A stretch of 64,000 nucleotides of DNA from Spirochaetia bacterium. GTDB lineage: Bacteria > Spirochaetota > Spirochaetia > CADAEX01. Below the pieces are notes generated by a model that saw only the letters and a list, made by a program, of their open reading frames with translations, did no database searches and was not told where the DNA came from. The position numbers were made by a program, and so were the translations under genes. Numbering within the stretch: position 1 is the first letter of the stretch; every line of letters begins with the position of its first letter. This document shows positions 48,929 to 58,923 of this stretch, in pieces. The stretch lies in the NCBI GenBank assembly GCA_963662265.2, contig CAXXHA010000013.1, positions 96,001 to 160,000 on the forward strand, read 5' to 3'.

Positions 48929-49798
48929 ATGAATATTGAAATGAGAAATCCATCTGTATCTGTAATCATACCTGTGTTTAACAGGAAAAAACTCTTTACC
49001 GAAGCTGTGGAATCAGTTGTAAACCAGAGTTTCAGTAACTTTGAACTCATAGTTGCTGATGACTGCTCAACCGTGGATCTTGAGAGTGCTGTTTCTTCAA
49101 TTCCCGGTATTGAAAATATTGCGTTGAAGTGGATAAGGCTTGATAAGCATACAGGTATGGCAGGTAAGGTTAGAAACAGGGGAGTGGATGCTTCCTCTTC
49201 TGAATATATTGCTTTTCTTGATTCTGATGACCTCTGGGAAAGGGATAAACTGGATAAACAGTACTCCCGGATGCTTGAACTAAAAAAAGATGGAATCCGA
49301 ATTTCCCACACAAGGGAGAAATGGGTCAGGGGTGATAAAATAGTATCCCAGAAATCACAGAAGCATAAACGCAACGGTGATATATTCGAGGATGCCCTGT
49401 GGAAATGCATAATCGGCCCATCCACGGTAATGCTTGAAAAGTCTCTCTTTTATGAGGCAGGCGGTTTCCGGGAGGATCTTGAAGTTGCCGAGGATTATGA
49501 GCTCTGGCTCAAGATAACAGACCATGAAAAAGCCGGTTATATTGACGAGATGCTTACAGTAAAGAGGGCAGGTGAGTGGGACCAGCTTTCGGAAAAACAC
49601 GGGCAGATTGAGATTTTCAGGATTGATGCTCTTAAGGGGCTTCTTGAGAAGGGGTATTTTACCGGGGAAAACAGGATTCTTGCATCAGATATATTCAGCA
49701 GAAAGTGCGGTATATATGCTTCAGGATGCAGAAAGCGGGGAAAAGAGGAAGAAGCTCTTTATTATGAAAGTCTTTCTGCGAAGTACATGGTCAAGTAA
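48929..49798 (+). CDS. Glycosyltransferase family 2
   Basis: VSVIIPVFNR, VADDCS, AFLDSDD, EDYELWL. Confidence 0.92.
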   Translation: MNIEMRNPSVSVIIPVFNRKKLFTEAVESVVNQSFSNFELIVADDCSTVDLESAVSSIPGIENIALKWIRLDKHTGMAGKVRNRGVDASSSEYIAFLDSDDLWERDKLDKQYSRMLELKKDGIRISHTREKWVRGDKIVSQKSQKHKRNGDIFEDALWKCIIGPSTVMLEKSLFYEAGGFREDLEVAEDYELWLKITDHEKAGYIDEMLTVKRAGEWDQLSEKHGQIEIFRIDALKGLLEKGYFTGENRILASDIFSRKCGIYASGCRKRGKEEEALYYESLSAKYMVK

Positions 49799-49902
49799 GA
49801 CAATCTTAATTTATTTAACAATCCTTCCTTATAAGCAGGCTCTGTCTGCAATATTTATGATAATTATTTTAATAGACCTGGAAACTTAAATATCAGATTT
49901 CT

Positions 49903-50871
49903 TTACAGCGAAGAGAGAAACTTTACAGCATTAAGCCCGTCGACAGCCGATGAAACAGGGTAGTAATCCTTCTCCCGTGCACATTTAACTGCATCAGCTA
50001 CCATGTTCCTGAAATACTCTGTTTTTTCGCCCATACTGTTTTCTGTATCTGTAAGAGACCTGAACCCTGTGTAATAGGGGCTTTCTTCACTCTTAAGCTC
50101 TGAATAGACACCGTTTCCGATTCTGACCATTCCTGATTCAAAACTCAGTTCAAGCTGAAAAACCAGGTGGTCCCTGTCTGCACCTGCTTCAATCAGGACC
50201 GGTATTTTTCCCGATCTGCAGTTTATGAATGCTGTCCCTGATGTTTTGTTTATATTACCTGATATGCTTTTCTTTTTGAGTTTTCCCGATGTAAGGTACA
50301 TTATTATATCAGCCATATGGGTCCCGTCATGCCAGAGAACATTTTTTATTTTCTGACTTTTTCCCATGTAGAGTGTCCCTTTTACAGAAAGCAGTTTTCC
50401 GTATTTTCCATTTCTGATTATCTCTTTTACAGCTGTGTAGTCGTTTGAGTAACGCCTTTCATGGTTTGTCATTATTTTTGACAGTTTTTTCCTGTGATGC
50501 TTTGCTATCTGTTTTGCTGATTTAAGCGAGTCGGAGAGAGGTTTTTCGCATACAATTGTACCTGTTCCATGCTTTATCCCTTTTTCGATGAGTTCAAGGT
50601 GGCTGTAAGGATGTGTGGCGATGAAAAGAATATCCGGTTTTACACTTTCAAGCATTTCATCCATGCTTTCGAAAACAGGGCATTCCCATTTTTCGGAAAA
50701 CCCGCTTCTTCTCTCTGCATCAATATCAAATCCTCCTGATATTATGCAATCCGGGTTTTCATTTACAGCACCTGCATGTGTGCAGGGCTTTTCCCTCAAA
50801 GGGTCATCCTCGAGAAGGGATGCAATTCTTCCCAGCCCTGCAAACGCGCATTTTATTTTCAGCTCTTCCAT
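49903..50871 (-). CDS. Gfo/Idh/MocA-family oxidoreductase
   Basis: AGLGRIA, CEKP, NHERRY, HDGTH. Confidence 0.9.
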   Translation of the reverse strand: MEELKIKCAFAGLGRIASLLEDDPLREKPCTHAGAVNENPDCIISGGFDIDAERRSGFSEKWECPVFESMDEMLESVKPDILFIATHPYSHLELIEKGIKHGTGTIVCEKPLSDSLKSAKQIAKHHRKKLSKIMTNHERRYSNDYTAVKEIIRNGKYGKLLSVKGTLYMGKSQKIKNVLWHDGTHMADIIMYLTSGKLKKKSISGNINKTSGTAFINCRSGKIPVLIEAGADRDHLVFQLELSFESGMVRIGNGVYSELKSEESPYYTGFRSLTDTENSMGEKTEYFRNMVADAVKCAREKDYYPVSSAVDGLNAVKFLSSL

Positions 50872-51710
50872 AATTTATCAGTTTCTTCTTTAAGAACTTC
50901 TTTCAGTTCAGGATCTTCTGAAGCATATTTTATCACTGCCCTGAGGAAGCCTGCCGGTGTTCCTGTATCAAGTCTTTCCCCCTCGAGAGGTTTGTATACA
51001 ACCCTGTTTCTGTCCATAAGCTTCTTGAGCGCATAAACATGGAAATATTCCCCGTTGTCCCCCTCTGCAAGGTGTTTTTCCCACCCCTCTTCGAGAAAGC
51101 TGAAAATGTCCGGGGTGAACAGGAACCTTCCGATTGATGCCTCTTTCGAAGGTTCAGTACCGGGAGAGGGTTTTTCAACAATATCCTTCACATACCCGTC
51201 GCTGTCTACAGCAAGAACCCCGTATCTTTCGAGGGACGGAGGATTGTGAAGAGTAGACATGACAGCACATCCGGTCTCTTCATATTTTTTTACAAGCTGG
51301 CCTGCAAGTGGAATGTCCCCGAAATGAAGATCATCGGGGTATGCAACAATAAACGGATTGTCCCCTATGAATGATTTTGCCTGGAGTAAGGCATGTCCTG
51401 TCCCTTTCATTTCATTCTGCCGTTTGAAAAAGATTTCAGCATCATGGGGTTTTATAGTTACAAGCTTATCAAGCTTTCCCTCTTTTTCGAAAACAGATTC
51501 AAGTTCTATTTCCCTGTCAAAGTAATCGTCCATGACCTTTTTTCTTCTCGATGTGATGATCAGGATTTCCCTGATCCCTGAGGATATAAACTCCTCGACT
51601 ATAAAATCTATTGCCGGTTTATTTATAAGGGGCAGCATTTCCTTCGGTACAGTTTTTGTAGCGGGAAGAAATCGTGTGCCGTATCCGGCTGCAATTATTA
51701 CACCTTTCAT
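50859..51710 (-). CDS. galU: UTP-glucose-1-phosphate uridylyltransferase
   Basis: IAAGYGTRFLPATKTVPKEMLP, GTGHA, VEKP; start corrected to ATG 51710. Confidence 0.9.
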   Translation of the reverse strand: MKGVIIAAGYGTRFLPATKTVPKEMLPLINKPAIDFIVEEFISSGIREILIITSRRKKVMDDYFDREIELESVFEKEGKLDKLVTIKPHDAEIFFKRQNEMKGTGHALLQAKSFIGDNPFIVAYPDDLHFGDIPLAGQLVKKYEETGCAVMSTLHNPPSLERYGVLAVDSDGYVKDIVEKPSPGTEPSKEASIGRFLFTPDIFSFLEEGWEKHLAEGDNGEYFHVYALKKLMDRNRVVYKPLEGERLDTGTPAGFLRAVIKYASEDPELKEVLKEETDKLWKS

Positions 51711-51717
51711 AAGCTTG

Positions 51718-51746
51718 ATTATGTTTGTGTTGACTGTAAAAATCAA
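51718..51746 (-). promoter_or_regulatory. sigma70-type promoter of galU (probably leaderless)
   Basis: TTGATT-17 nt-CATAAT, 7 nt upstream of ATG; no SD. Confidence 0.55.
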
Positions 51747-51848
51747 GTGTTCTTTTAAAATAAGAGAGATCAGGGGATTATCCTCTGTCTTTATAAAGCA
51801 GATTATATTTTTATGAAGCCGGGCCTGGAAAATGATGAAAAACCCTTC

Positions 51849-51877
51849 TTGACTAAAATACTGCATTGGAATACCAT
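51849..51877 (+). promoter_or_regulatory. sigma70-type promoter of the thiamine operon
   Basis: TTGACT-17 nt-TACCAT immediately upstream of the riboswitch. Confidence 0.6.
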
Positions 51878-51883
51878 TTTTCT

Positions 51884-51970
51884 GATCTGTTAGGGGTGCT
51901 GGCAAGTAAGCCGGCTGAGATATAGACCCTTGAACCTGATATGTTTAATGACAACGAAGGAAAACAGGAT
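51884..51970 (+). ncRNA. TPP riboswitch (THI box)
   Basis: AGGGGTGCT...GCTGAGA...ACCCTTGAACCTGAT...TAATG...CGAAGGAA, with P1 CTGTT/AACAG; lies upstream of thi genes. Confidence 0.93.
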
Positions 51971-52317
51971 TAAAACACGATAATATTTCCCGGATATATT
52001 ATCAGATCTTATCTGATTTATTCTGATCTTTGTCTGAAATCATAACAGTTTAATTCTTATACAGAACCTTAAAGCATGTATCTCTTTCATGGGGGGACAG
52101 GGCTTCGTGATAATTTCTATCCGACGTATTCCTGAAAACCTGCAGCCTGATGTGTTTTACAATGTTTCGCTGCATTTCATGGACAGTGAAATTGGCGAGG
52201 TTTTAATCTGGCAATCAGGCTGAGGTTTCTGTATTTTATAAAGACTGTTACCCGGTTTCCGTCAAAAATACTTATCTGATTTTAATTGCTGTCTTTCACT
52301 TTGAAAAGTGAGGAATT

Positions 52318-53035
52318 ATGGCTACATTTGATGAACATGCCGGCGCGTATGATGCGTGGTTTCTTAACAACAGAAACCTTCTTGAATCAGAAGTTAAACT
52401 GGTTGCACATTTTCTTGAAGACTGCGGGAAGATCCTTTCTGTCGGGTGTCGGAAGCGGTCTCTTTGAATCAATCCTGAAAAAAGACTATGGTATTGAAAT
52501 TTCACACGGTATTGAACCTTCGGTCGGAATGGCTGAGATTGCGGGAAAAAGAGGCCTTGATGTAAAGATCGGAACTGCAGAAGATGCTGATTTTGGAAAC
52601 AATGAATGGGACACTCTTCTGTTCAACGGAACTCCGAGTTATATCACAGATCTTGATAAGGCAGTTAAAAAGGCTTATTCAGCCCTCAGAGAGGGGGGGA
52701 AGGTTGTAATGCTTGATGTTCCGAAAGAGGGATCATACGGGATTATCTACAATCTTGCAAAGACGCTCGGAACATGGGACCACCCCCTTCTCGAAGGTAC
52801 ACAGCCTCCCGATCCCTATCCCATCGAATTTGTTAAAGAGGCAAACTGGAGAACAACAGCAGAAAAAATCGAGCTTCTTGAAAAAAACGGGTTTGAAAAA
52901 CTTGGTTTTGCCCAGACACTGACAAACCATCCCGGATTTTCCAATTCAGAAGTTGAAGAGCCTGTCCCCGGGCATACCAGGGGGGATTATGTTGCTATCT
53001 GCGCCTGGAAAAAAAGCTCTGAGGAGGGGGAATAA
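52318..53035 (+). pseudogene. Class I SAM-dependent methyltransferase, frameshifted (+1) in the SAM-binding motif
   Basis: ATG 52318 after GAGGA reads MATFDEHAGAYDAWF...ILSVGC. One extra base at about 52449-52450 (GTC GGG TGT C GGA AGC GGT) breaks VGCGSG; the remainder is in ORF 52286..53035. Confidence 0.8.
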
Positions 53036-53823
53036 TGAAAAAAACTGTAATTGATAATCTTAACAAGGTCAGGTCACAGTCTCCACTTGTCCACAACATT
53101 ACAAACTATGTTGTTATGAACAATACTGCAAATGCACTCCTTGCACTGGGAGCTTCCCCTGTAATGGCCCATGCCGCGGAAGAGATGGAAGATTTTATTA
53201 AGATTGATTCCGCTCTTGTCGTGAACATAGGGACGCTCAGCAGTTACTGGATAAAGTCTATGAAAGATGCGATGTCATACGCATCAGAGAACAGCAAACC
53301 TGTAGTGCTTGATCCTGTCGGGGCAGGAGCGACTGCCTTCAGGACAGAAACAGTAAAAGAACTTCTTGAAGTGTCAGTCCCTGCTGTTATAAGGGGAAAC
53401 GGTTCTGAAATCATGTCGCTCCGGAATGCTGCGGTGAAGACAAAGGGAGTTGACAGCAGTGCATCTGCAACCGAAGCGGTTTCCTCTTCAAAGGAAGTTG
53501 CCGCAGAACTCGGGTGTGTTGTCTGCGTAAGCGGGGAAACTGATTACATAACTGACGGGAAAGAAGTCCTTACAGTGAAAAACGGGTCAACGCTCATGGC
53601 AAGAGTCACAGGTATGGGATGCACAGCTACTGCTGTAACCGGCGCCTTCGCAGCTGTCGATGAGGATCCCCTGACTGCAGCTTTCAGCGCAATGGCTGTC
53701 ATGGGAATTGCCGGCGAGATAGCAGCCGAAAAAGCTACCGGCCCCGGTACCCTCCAGCTTCATTTCCTTGATGCGCTCTATAACATCAGCGGGGATGATA
53801 TTGAAAAAAGACTTGAGAGCTGA
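53035..53823 (+). CDS. thiM: Hydroxyethylthiazole kinase
   Basis: PLVHNITNYV, GASPVMA, VLDPVGAGA, IRGNGSEI, TGMGC. Confidence 0.96.
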   Translation: MKKTVIDNLNKVRSQSPLVHNITNYVVMNNTANALLALGASPVMAHAAEEMEDFIKIDSALVVNIGTLSSYWIKSMKDAMSYASENSKPVVLDPVGAGATAFRTETVKELLEVSVPAVIRGNGSEIMSLRNAAVKTKGVDSSASATEAVSSSKEVAAELGCVVCVSGETDYITDGKEVLTVKNGSTLMARVTGMGCTATAVTGAFAAVDEDPLTAAFSAMAVMGIAGEIAAEKATGPGTLQLHFLDALYNISGDDIEKRLES

Positions 53824-53830
53824 AAAGACT

Positions 53831-54499
53831 ATGAGAAGAGATTTTGATTTAAGCCTTTATCTCGTAACAGACAGGGTGTTGTCCATGGGGCGCTCCCTGT
53901 CTGAAATTGTAGAGAAAGCTGTGTCAGGCGGGGCGACAATAGTTCAGCTCAGGGAAAAGGATACAGAAACAAGGGATTTTCTCAATCTTGCAAAGAGATT
54001 AAAGGAGATCCTCCGCCGCTCAAACATCCCTCTTATTATAAATGACAGGATGGATATCGCCCTTGCATCGGGAGCTGACGGAATACATGTGGGGCAGAGC
54101 GATATGCCGGTATGTGAAATCCGGAAATATCTTGGTAAAGATGTTTTAATAGGGCTTTCTGTTGAATCATTTGAAGATGCGGAAAAGGCAAACAGGCTTG
54201 ATATCGACTACATCGGTATAAGCCCGGTCTACACAACAGCTACCAAGAAGGAACTCTCAACAGGCCTCGGCCTTACAGGGGTTAGTGAAATTTCTGAAAT
54301 TTCCCGTTTCCCCTCTGTCGGGATCGGGGGGATAAATATGGAAAATACAGCAGATATAATAAGAGCAGGAGCTGACGGCATTGCAGTTGTTTCTGCTATC
54401 TGCAGCGCTCCTGATCCTGAAAAGGCAGCATCTGAGCTTTATATGGAAGTTCGTGCCGGTTCTGAAGCCGGTGCTGCACCTGGAGCATCCAGGTTATGA
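53831..54499 (+). CDS. thiE: Thiamine phosphate synthase
   Basis: LYLVTD, VQLREK, INDRMDIA, HVGQSD, IGGIN, AVVSAI. Confidence 0.96.
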   Translation: MRRDFDLSLYLVTDRVLSMGRSLSEIVEKAVSGGATIVQLREKDTETRDFLNLAKRLKEILRRSNIPLIINDRMDIALASGADGIHVGQSDMPVCEIRKYLGKDVLIGLSVESFEDAEKANRLDIDYIGISPVYTTATKKELSTGLGLTGVSEISEISRFPSVGIGGINMENTADIIRAGADGIAVVSAICSAPDPEKAASELYMEVRAGSEAGAAPGASRL

Positions 54500-54533
54500 T
54501 TCGGGAAAAACAATTAATGTCAGGGGTAAATAT

Positions 54534-55760
54534 ATGAAACTGGGAAGTATCGGTGAGTTCGGCCTTATAGAGAGGTTTTCGCCTCTTTTTATTAAGAATA
54601 TACCTGAGGGGACACTCGGCATAGGCGATGACTGCGCAGTAATCCCGTTCTCATCCTTTAACAATGCATTTCCCAGGAGGAATTCTTCAGAGAGTACGTC
54701 CTGTAAGTCTGGCGGCTGCGATTTGAAATCTTTACCTGCAGCAGATGTATTTTCAGTCCCTGCCGGCTGCGACCTGGAATCTTCACCTGCAGGGGATCTC
54801 TTTTCAGCTCCCTCTGACTGCTCAAAAGGAGACAGCAGGTCTGAATCTGAAGAATGCCTCCTTGTGACAACAGACCTTCTTCTTGAAAATATACATTTTC
54901 TCAAGGATAGAATATCCCCGGAAGAGCTGGGGTATAAATCTCTTGCAGTGAACCTCAGTGATATAGCAGGCATGGGAGGTAAGCCTCTTTTTGCTTTCCT
55001 TTCTATTGGTCTTCCGAAAGATACGGAAATTGAATGGGCTGACAGCTTTTTCAGAGGATTCAGCAGGCTTGCAGAGGAATCCGGCACCCTCCTTATGGGA
55101 GGTGATACAACAGGCTCTGAAAATGGGATTGTAATAAATGTTGCAGTTGCAGGCTGTTCTGTAACCGGGAAGGTGAAATACCGCTCCGGGGCAAAGCGGG
55201 GCGACTTCATATGTATTTCTGGAATGACAGGTGAATCAGCTGCAGGACTCAATATTGTCCAGAACAGTTCACTTGAAAGAAAGGCGGGCAGCAGGCTTGT
55301 TAAAGAGCTCCTGACGAGTCACAACTGTCCCCGGCCCCATATTGAAGAAGGAATGTTTCTTGCTTCGGAAAAGGGGGTCCATTCCATGATGGATGTTTCT
55401 GACGGGATAGATTCAGACCTCAGGCATATCGTGAAAAAGTCAGGTGTATCGGCTTTTGTTGATACAGATTCAGTACCTTTAAGTGAAAATCTGATCAGCG
55501 CTGAAAAAGCTATAGGCATTGATCCTCTGCAGTGCGCACTCTCAGGAGGAGAGGATTACTGCCTTCTTCTGACAGTCGATCCTGATTCATATGATGATAT
55601 AAGCAGAAGATTTGAAGAAAAGTTCAGCCGGCCTCTTTACAGAATAGGAGAGATTAAAGGCCTGAATGACAGCTCTTCTCAGAGGGACAGGGTTTTGTAT
55701 CTGAAAGAGGGCATTGTTTCAGAATTTTCAAAAAGGGGATTTGATCACTTCAGTTCATGA
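54534..55760 (+). CDS. thiL: Thiamine-monophosphate kinase with a ~65-aa insertion
   Basis: GEFGLI, GIGDDCA, AVNLSDIAGMGG, GGDT, MMDVSDG, GGEDY, GFDHF. Confidence 0.93.
   Translation: MKLGSIGEFGLIERFSPLFIKNIPEGTLGIGDDCAVIPFSSFNNAFPRRNSSESTSCKSGGCDLKSLPAADVFSVPAGCDLESSPAGDLFSAPSDCSKGDSRSESEECLLVTTDLLLENIHFLKDRISPEELGYKSLAVNLSDIAGMGGKPLFAFLSIGLPKDTEIEWADSFFRGFSRLAEESGTLLMGGDTTGSENGIVINVAVAGCSVTGKVKYRSGAKRGDFICISGMTGESAAGLNIVQNSSLERKAGSRLVKELLTSHNCPRPHIEEGMFLASEKGVHSMMDVSDGIDSDLRHIVKKSGVSAFVDTDSVPLSENLISAEKAIGIDPLQCALSGGEDYCLLLTVDPDSYDDISRRFEEKFSRPLYRIGEIKGLNDSSSQRDRVLYLKEGIVSEFSKRGFDHFSS
54714..54815 (+). repeat. 51-bp (17-aa) tandem duplication inside thiL
   Basis: GCDLKSLPAADVFSVPA / GCDLESSPAGDLFSAPS; units start at 54714 and 54765. 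Confidence 0.8.
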
Positions 55761-56033
55761 TTTTCTGAAAAATCAGATAAAGATCATGTTGCTGTATTAC
55801 CTTTATGGTAATAAGTTTTGAAAGCTGGAATCTGCATGCCCCTCTTATCTGGCAGGTCTGCAGAACATGGCTACTGAAGTATGTTGCTTTGGAAATCTGT
55901 CAGTCTTTCCTTAACAGGAAGGGATGCAGAATGTTACAACCTGAATCTCCATCCGGTTGTAATGCGGGTTTTGATAATGACTATACATGAGTTTAGAGTT
56001 TCTTAATATGGAAAATTATACGGAGAAAATATT

Positions 56034-56846
56034 ATGGGAAAAAAATATTACAGGGCAATGACAATTGCAGGCTCAGACAGCGGCGGGGGAGCCGGTATAC
56101 AGGCGGATCTTAAGACATTCTCAGCTCTCGGATGTTTCGGGACTTCCGCAGTAACTGCAATTACAGCACAGAATACAGTTGGAGTAACAGGCATACACCC
56201 TGTACCGCCTGAAATGATACAGCAGCAGATCATGGCTGTGCTTGATGATATAGGATCAGATGCTGTTAAAATAGGAATGCTTCATTCATCTGAAGTTATC
56301 AAGGCTGTTGCAGAAATGCTTGAAAAGTATAAAGCAGAAAATGTTGTAATCGATCCAGTTATGGTAGCAACATCCGGTGATGTTCTTTTAAAGGACAGCG
56401 CGATTGATTCTCTTGCTGAGATTCTTATTCCGATGGCAGATATTATAACTCCCAATATTCCCGAAGCTGAAATACTCCTCGGCTGCAGGCTGAAGGGACA
56501 GGCTGACCTCCCTAAAGCGGCGGTGAAGCTGTCTGAACTGGGATGCCGGGGTGTGCTTCTCAAGGCCGGTCACCTTAAAGAGGATCTTCTTGTCGATTAT
56601 TTCTATGACAGCAGCACAGGTGTAATGACAGAACTGCCTTCGCAGCGTCTTTACACGCAGAACACGCATGGAACCGGCTGCACACTGTCATCCGCAGTTA
56701 CATCATTTCTTGCGCGGGGATTTGAACCTGCAGAAGCTGTGAAAGACGCGAAAGCTTATCTGTCAGCTGCAATTAACTCCGGCAGTGAGTATGCCCTCGG
56801 CAGCGGCCATGGCCCTGTAAAGCATTTTCACAGGTACTGGCAGTGA
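56034..56846 (+). CDS. thiD: Hydroxymethylpyrimidine/phosphomethylpyrimidine kinase
   Basis: [40 protein letters not shown]. Confidence 0.97.
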   Translation: MGKKYYRAMTIAGSDSGGGAGIQADLKTFSALGCFGTSAVTAITAQNTVGVTGIHPVPPEMIQQQIMAVLDDIGSDAVKIGMLHSSEVIKAVAEMLEKYKAENVVIDPVMVATSGDVLLKDSAIDSLAEILIPMADIITPNIPEAEILLGCRLKGQADLPKAAVKLSELGCRGVLLKAGHLKEDLLVDYFYDSSTGVMTELPSQRLYTQNTHGTGCTLSSAVTSFLARGFEPAEAVKDAKAYLSAAINSGSEYALGSGHGPVKHFHRYWQ

Positions 56847-56958
56847 GCTGTTTCAGATGATTGGGTTGTCTCTGCAAAATTATCCGGAGTATGGCTATTG
56901 AAGATTTTTAAAGGACTGTAAGTTCTTTGTTTTTGTAAAAATTCTTGTGAGGTTAAAT

Positions 56959-57609
56959 ATGCTGATAAAAGGATGCGGTGAGTTTACTGACAGCCTGTGG
57001 GAAAAATCAGGCTCAATATTCGATGAAATTATATCGTTGCCATTCAATAGAAAGCTTTCTGACGGTACTCTGCCGAAAGCTGTTTTCTGCAGATACCTTG
57101 AGCAGGATATTCTTTATTTACAGGAAGATACGAGGGCCATAGCAATGACAGCAGAAAGAGCACCGGAAGGAAATGAGAAGCTTTTTTTTGCAGAGCTTGT
57201 AACGGCAGGGATTGCGCTTGAAGAAGCTCTGCATGCTGAGCTTGCAACTGCATTCGGAATATCAGTAAATGCAGAGATGAATAAAGCCTGTCGCGACTAC
57301 ACAGGTTTTCTTACAGAAACTGCTCAGAATAAGACATATCATGAGGCTGTATCTGCTCTTCTTCCCTGCTACTGGATATATCAGAATGCGGGTATTGTAA
57401 CTGCTTCAAACGCGGCCCCTGGTAATCCCTACCAGGCGTGGCTTGATACATACTCGGGTGATGAATTTACTGCATATACAGATCAGTATATCCGGATAAC
57501 TGAAGCAGTTGCGGAAAGAGCAGCGCCGCCGGAGAGGGGGAAAATGGCTGATGCTTTTATTGCGGCAGTCAGGCATGAACTTGATTTTATAAAGAGTATC
57601 TCCTTCTGA
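56959..57609 (+). CDS. tenA: Thiaminase II / aminopyrimidine aminohydrolase
   Basis: YLEQD, LLPCYWIY (catalytic Cys), NPYQAWLDTYSG, ELDF. Confidence 0.9.
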   Translation: MLIKGCGEFTDSLWEKSGSIFDEIISLPFNRKLSDGTLPKAVFCRYLEQDILYLQEDTRAIAMTAERAPEGNEKLFFAELVTAGIALEEALHAELATAFGISVNAEMNKACRDYTGFLTETAQNKTYHEAVSALLPCYWIYQNAGIVTASNAAPGNPYQAWLDTYSGDEFTAYTDQYIRITEAVAERAAPPERGKMADAFIAAVRHELDFIKSISF

Positions 57610-57897
57610 TTCCCTGTTTTCCCTCAGATCCCTGTTTTTTACTGGCATTATTGATCGGATGGATTTGTTTTGCTGAAAACTTTTAAATTTACCGGTTTTA
57701 TTTAATTGAATTTGTTTTTAAAACAATACTATTCGTTAGTGCTTGATATTTTTCCAGCTGATTAAAAAAACAATCCCGGAGTCTGATGCCGTATATTTGA
57801 TCGGCTGAGAAAAACAGGCAAACCTGAACAATAACTATTTGTTATTGTCAGAAAATTGATGTTGACGGGTGTATGTAATAGGCTGTAGAGTCTTTCT

Positions 57898-58641
57898 ATG
57901 ATTAGCCGGAAAATGTCTGTAAAAACAGCTCTGAAAGTATTTATCGTTATTCTTGTCCTTTTCTCATCATTATCATGTACTGCAAAACAGGATATAAATA
58001 TTGACAGGTCAGGGAAAGGCTCCTGCACTGTCAGTGTGGATCTCAACAGCTTTTTCACTGAATATCTGAACGATCTTTCTGATGCAGCCGGAAGTTCTGA
58101 TGAGGAGTTTACAGTTTTCGACAGGCAGATGATTGAAGAATCGTTTTCGAAAAATTCAAATGCGGAACTTGCTGATGTGCGTATTAAAGGCGGCGGAAGT
58201 ATTGAACTTGATATAAAATTCAATAATCCGGGAGATATACTCAGGGAAAACAGCCTTAACCCGGTAATATCATACACAAGAAAGGGAAGCAGCAGTATTG
58301 TCTCTTTTAACCTGAATACTGAAAACTATAAGGCGCTCAGCAGGATGACAGGCCTTGCAGATAACCCGGTTCTCGCCGCATTAACTCCCCAGCCTGAGAA
58401 TCCGTACACTAATGATGAATACCTCGATATGGTTGATTTTGTTTTTTCAGATTATGAGGGGGGAGATATAGCTGCAGTCACAATGGCAAAGTCAATGGTT
58501 GAGATAAATATTGAAACAGATGGCCGTGTTGTTTCTGCCGGGAACGGGACTTTTTCAGGCAGCAGGGCTGTATTCCGAATTCCCCTACTTAAATTTCTGA
58601 CCCTCTCTGAGCCTGTTGTTTTTTCTGTTGAATACAGATAA
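57898..58641 (+). CDS. Hypothetical lipoprotein
   Basis: Basic N-terminus, hydrophobic stretch and SLSC lipobox; beta-rich soluble body. Confidence 0.7.
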   Translation: MISRKMSVKTALKVFIVILVLFSSLSCTAKQDINIDRSGKGSCTVSVDLNSFFTEYLNDLSDAAGSSDEEFTVFDRQMIEESFSKNSNAELADVRIKGGGSIELDIKFNNPGDILRENSLNPVISYTRKGSSSIVSFNLNTENYKALSRMTGLADNPVLAALTPQPENPYTNDEYLDMVDFVFSDYEGGDIAAVTMAKSMVEINIETDGRVVSAGNGTFSGSRAVFRIPLLKFLTLSEPVVFSVEYR

Positions 58642-58923
58642 TCCTGCATCAGATTCAGATATTAAAAAGAATCAGTAAATCCTCTTCTCAGATCTCGGAT
58701 ATTCACACAGTTTCTTTGTTTTCATGTTAAGAGTGTTCTTGATGAATAATTTCAGTTTCTGAACAATATCCCAGGTTAATCGATATTTCTTTTTCCCTGG
58801 TTAACTTAAATTTAACTTTTTCTAAATAATAATGATTCCTATCTTGATCCCATCCCTTATATATAATATTAATTGATTTTTTAGTTGATTCTCATAAACT
58901 ATATAAAAGAGGAGTTAACTTTA

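Noticed and set aside
51711-51905. N-terminal extension of galU given in the ORF track
   Set aside because: It overlaps the TPP riboswitch and its promoter; the family N-terminus starts at MKGVIIAAG (51710).
55805-55990. 61-aa ORF between thiL and thiD
   Set aside because: No SD and no recognisable motif; likely chance in an intergenic spacer.
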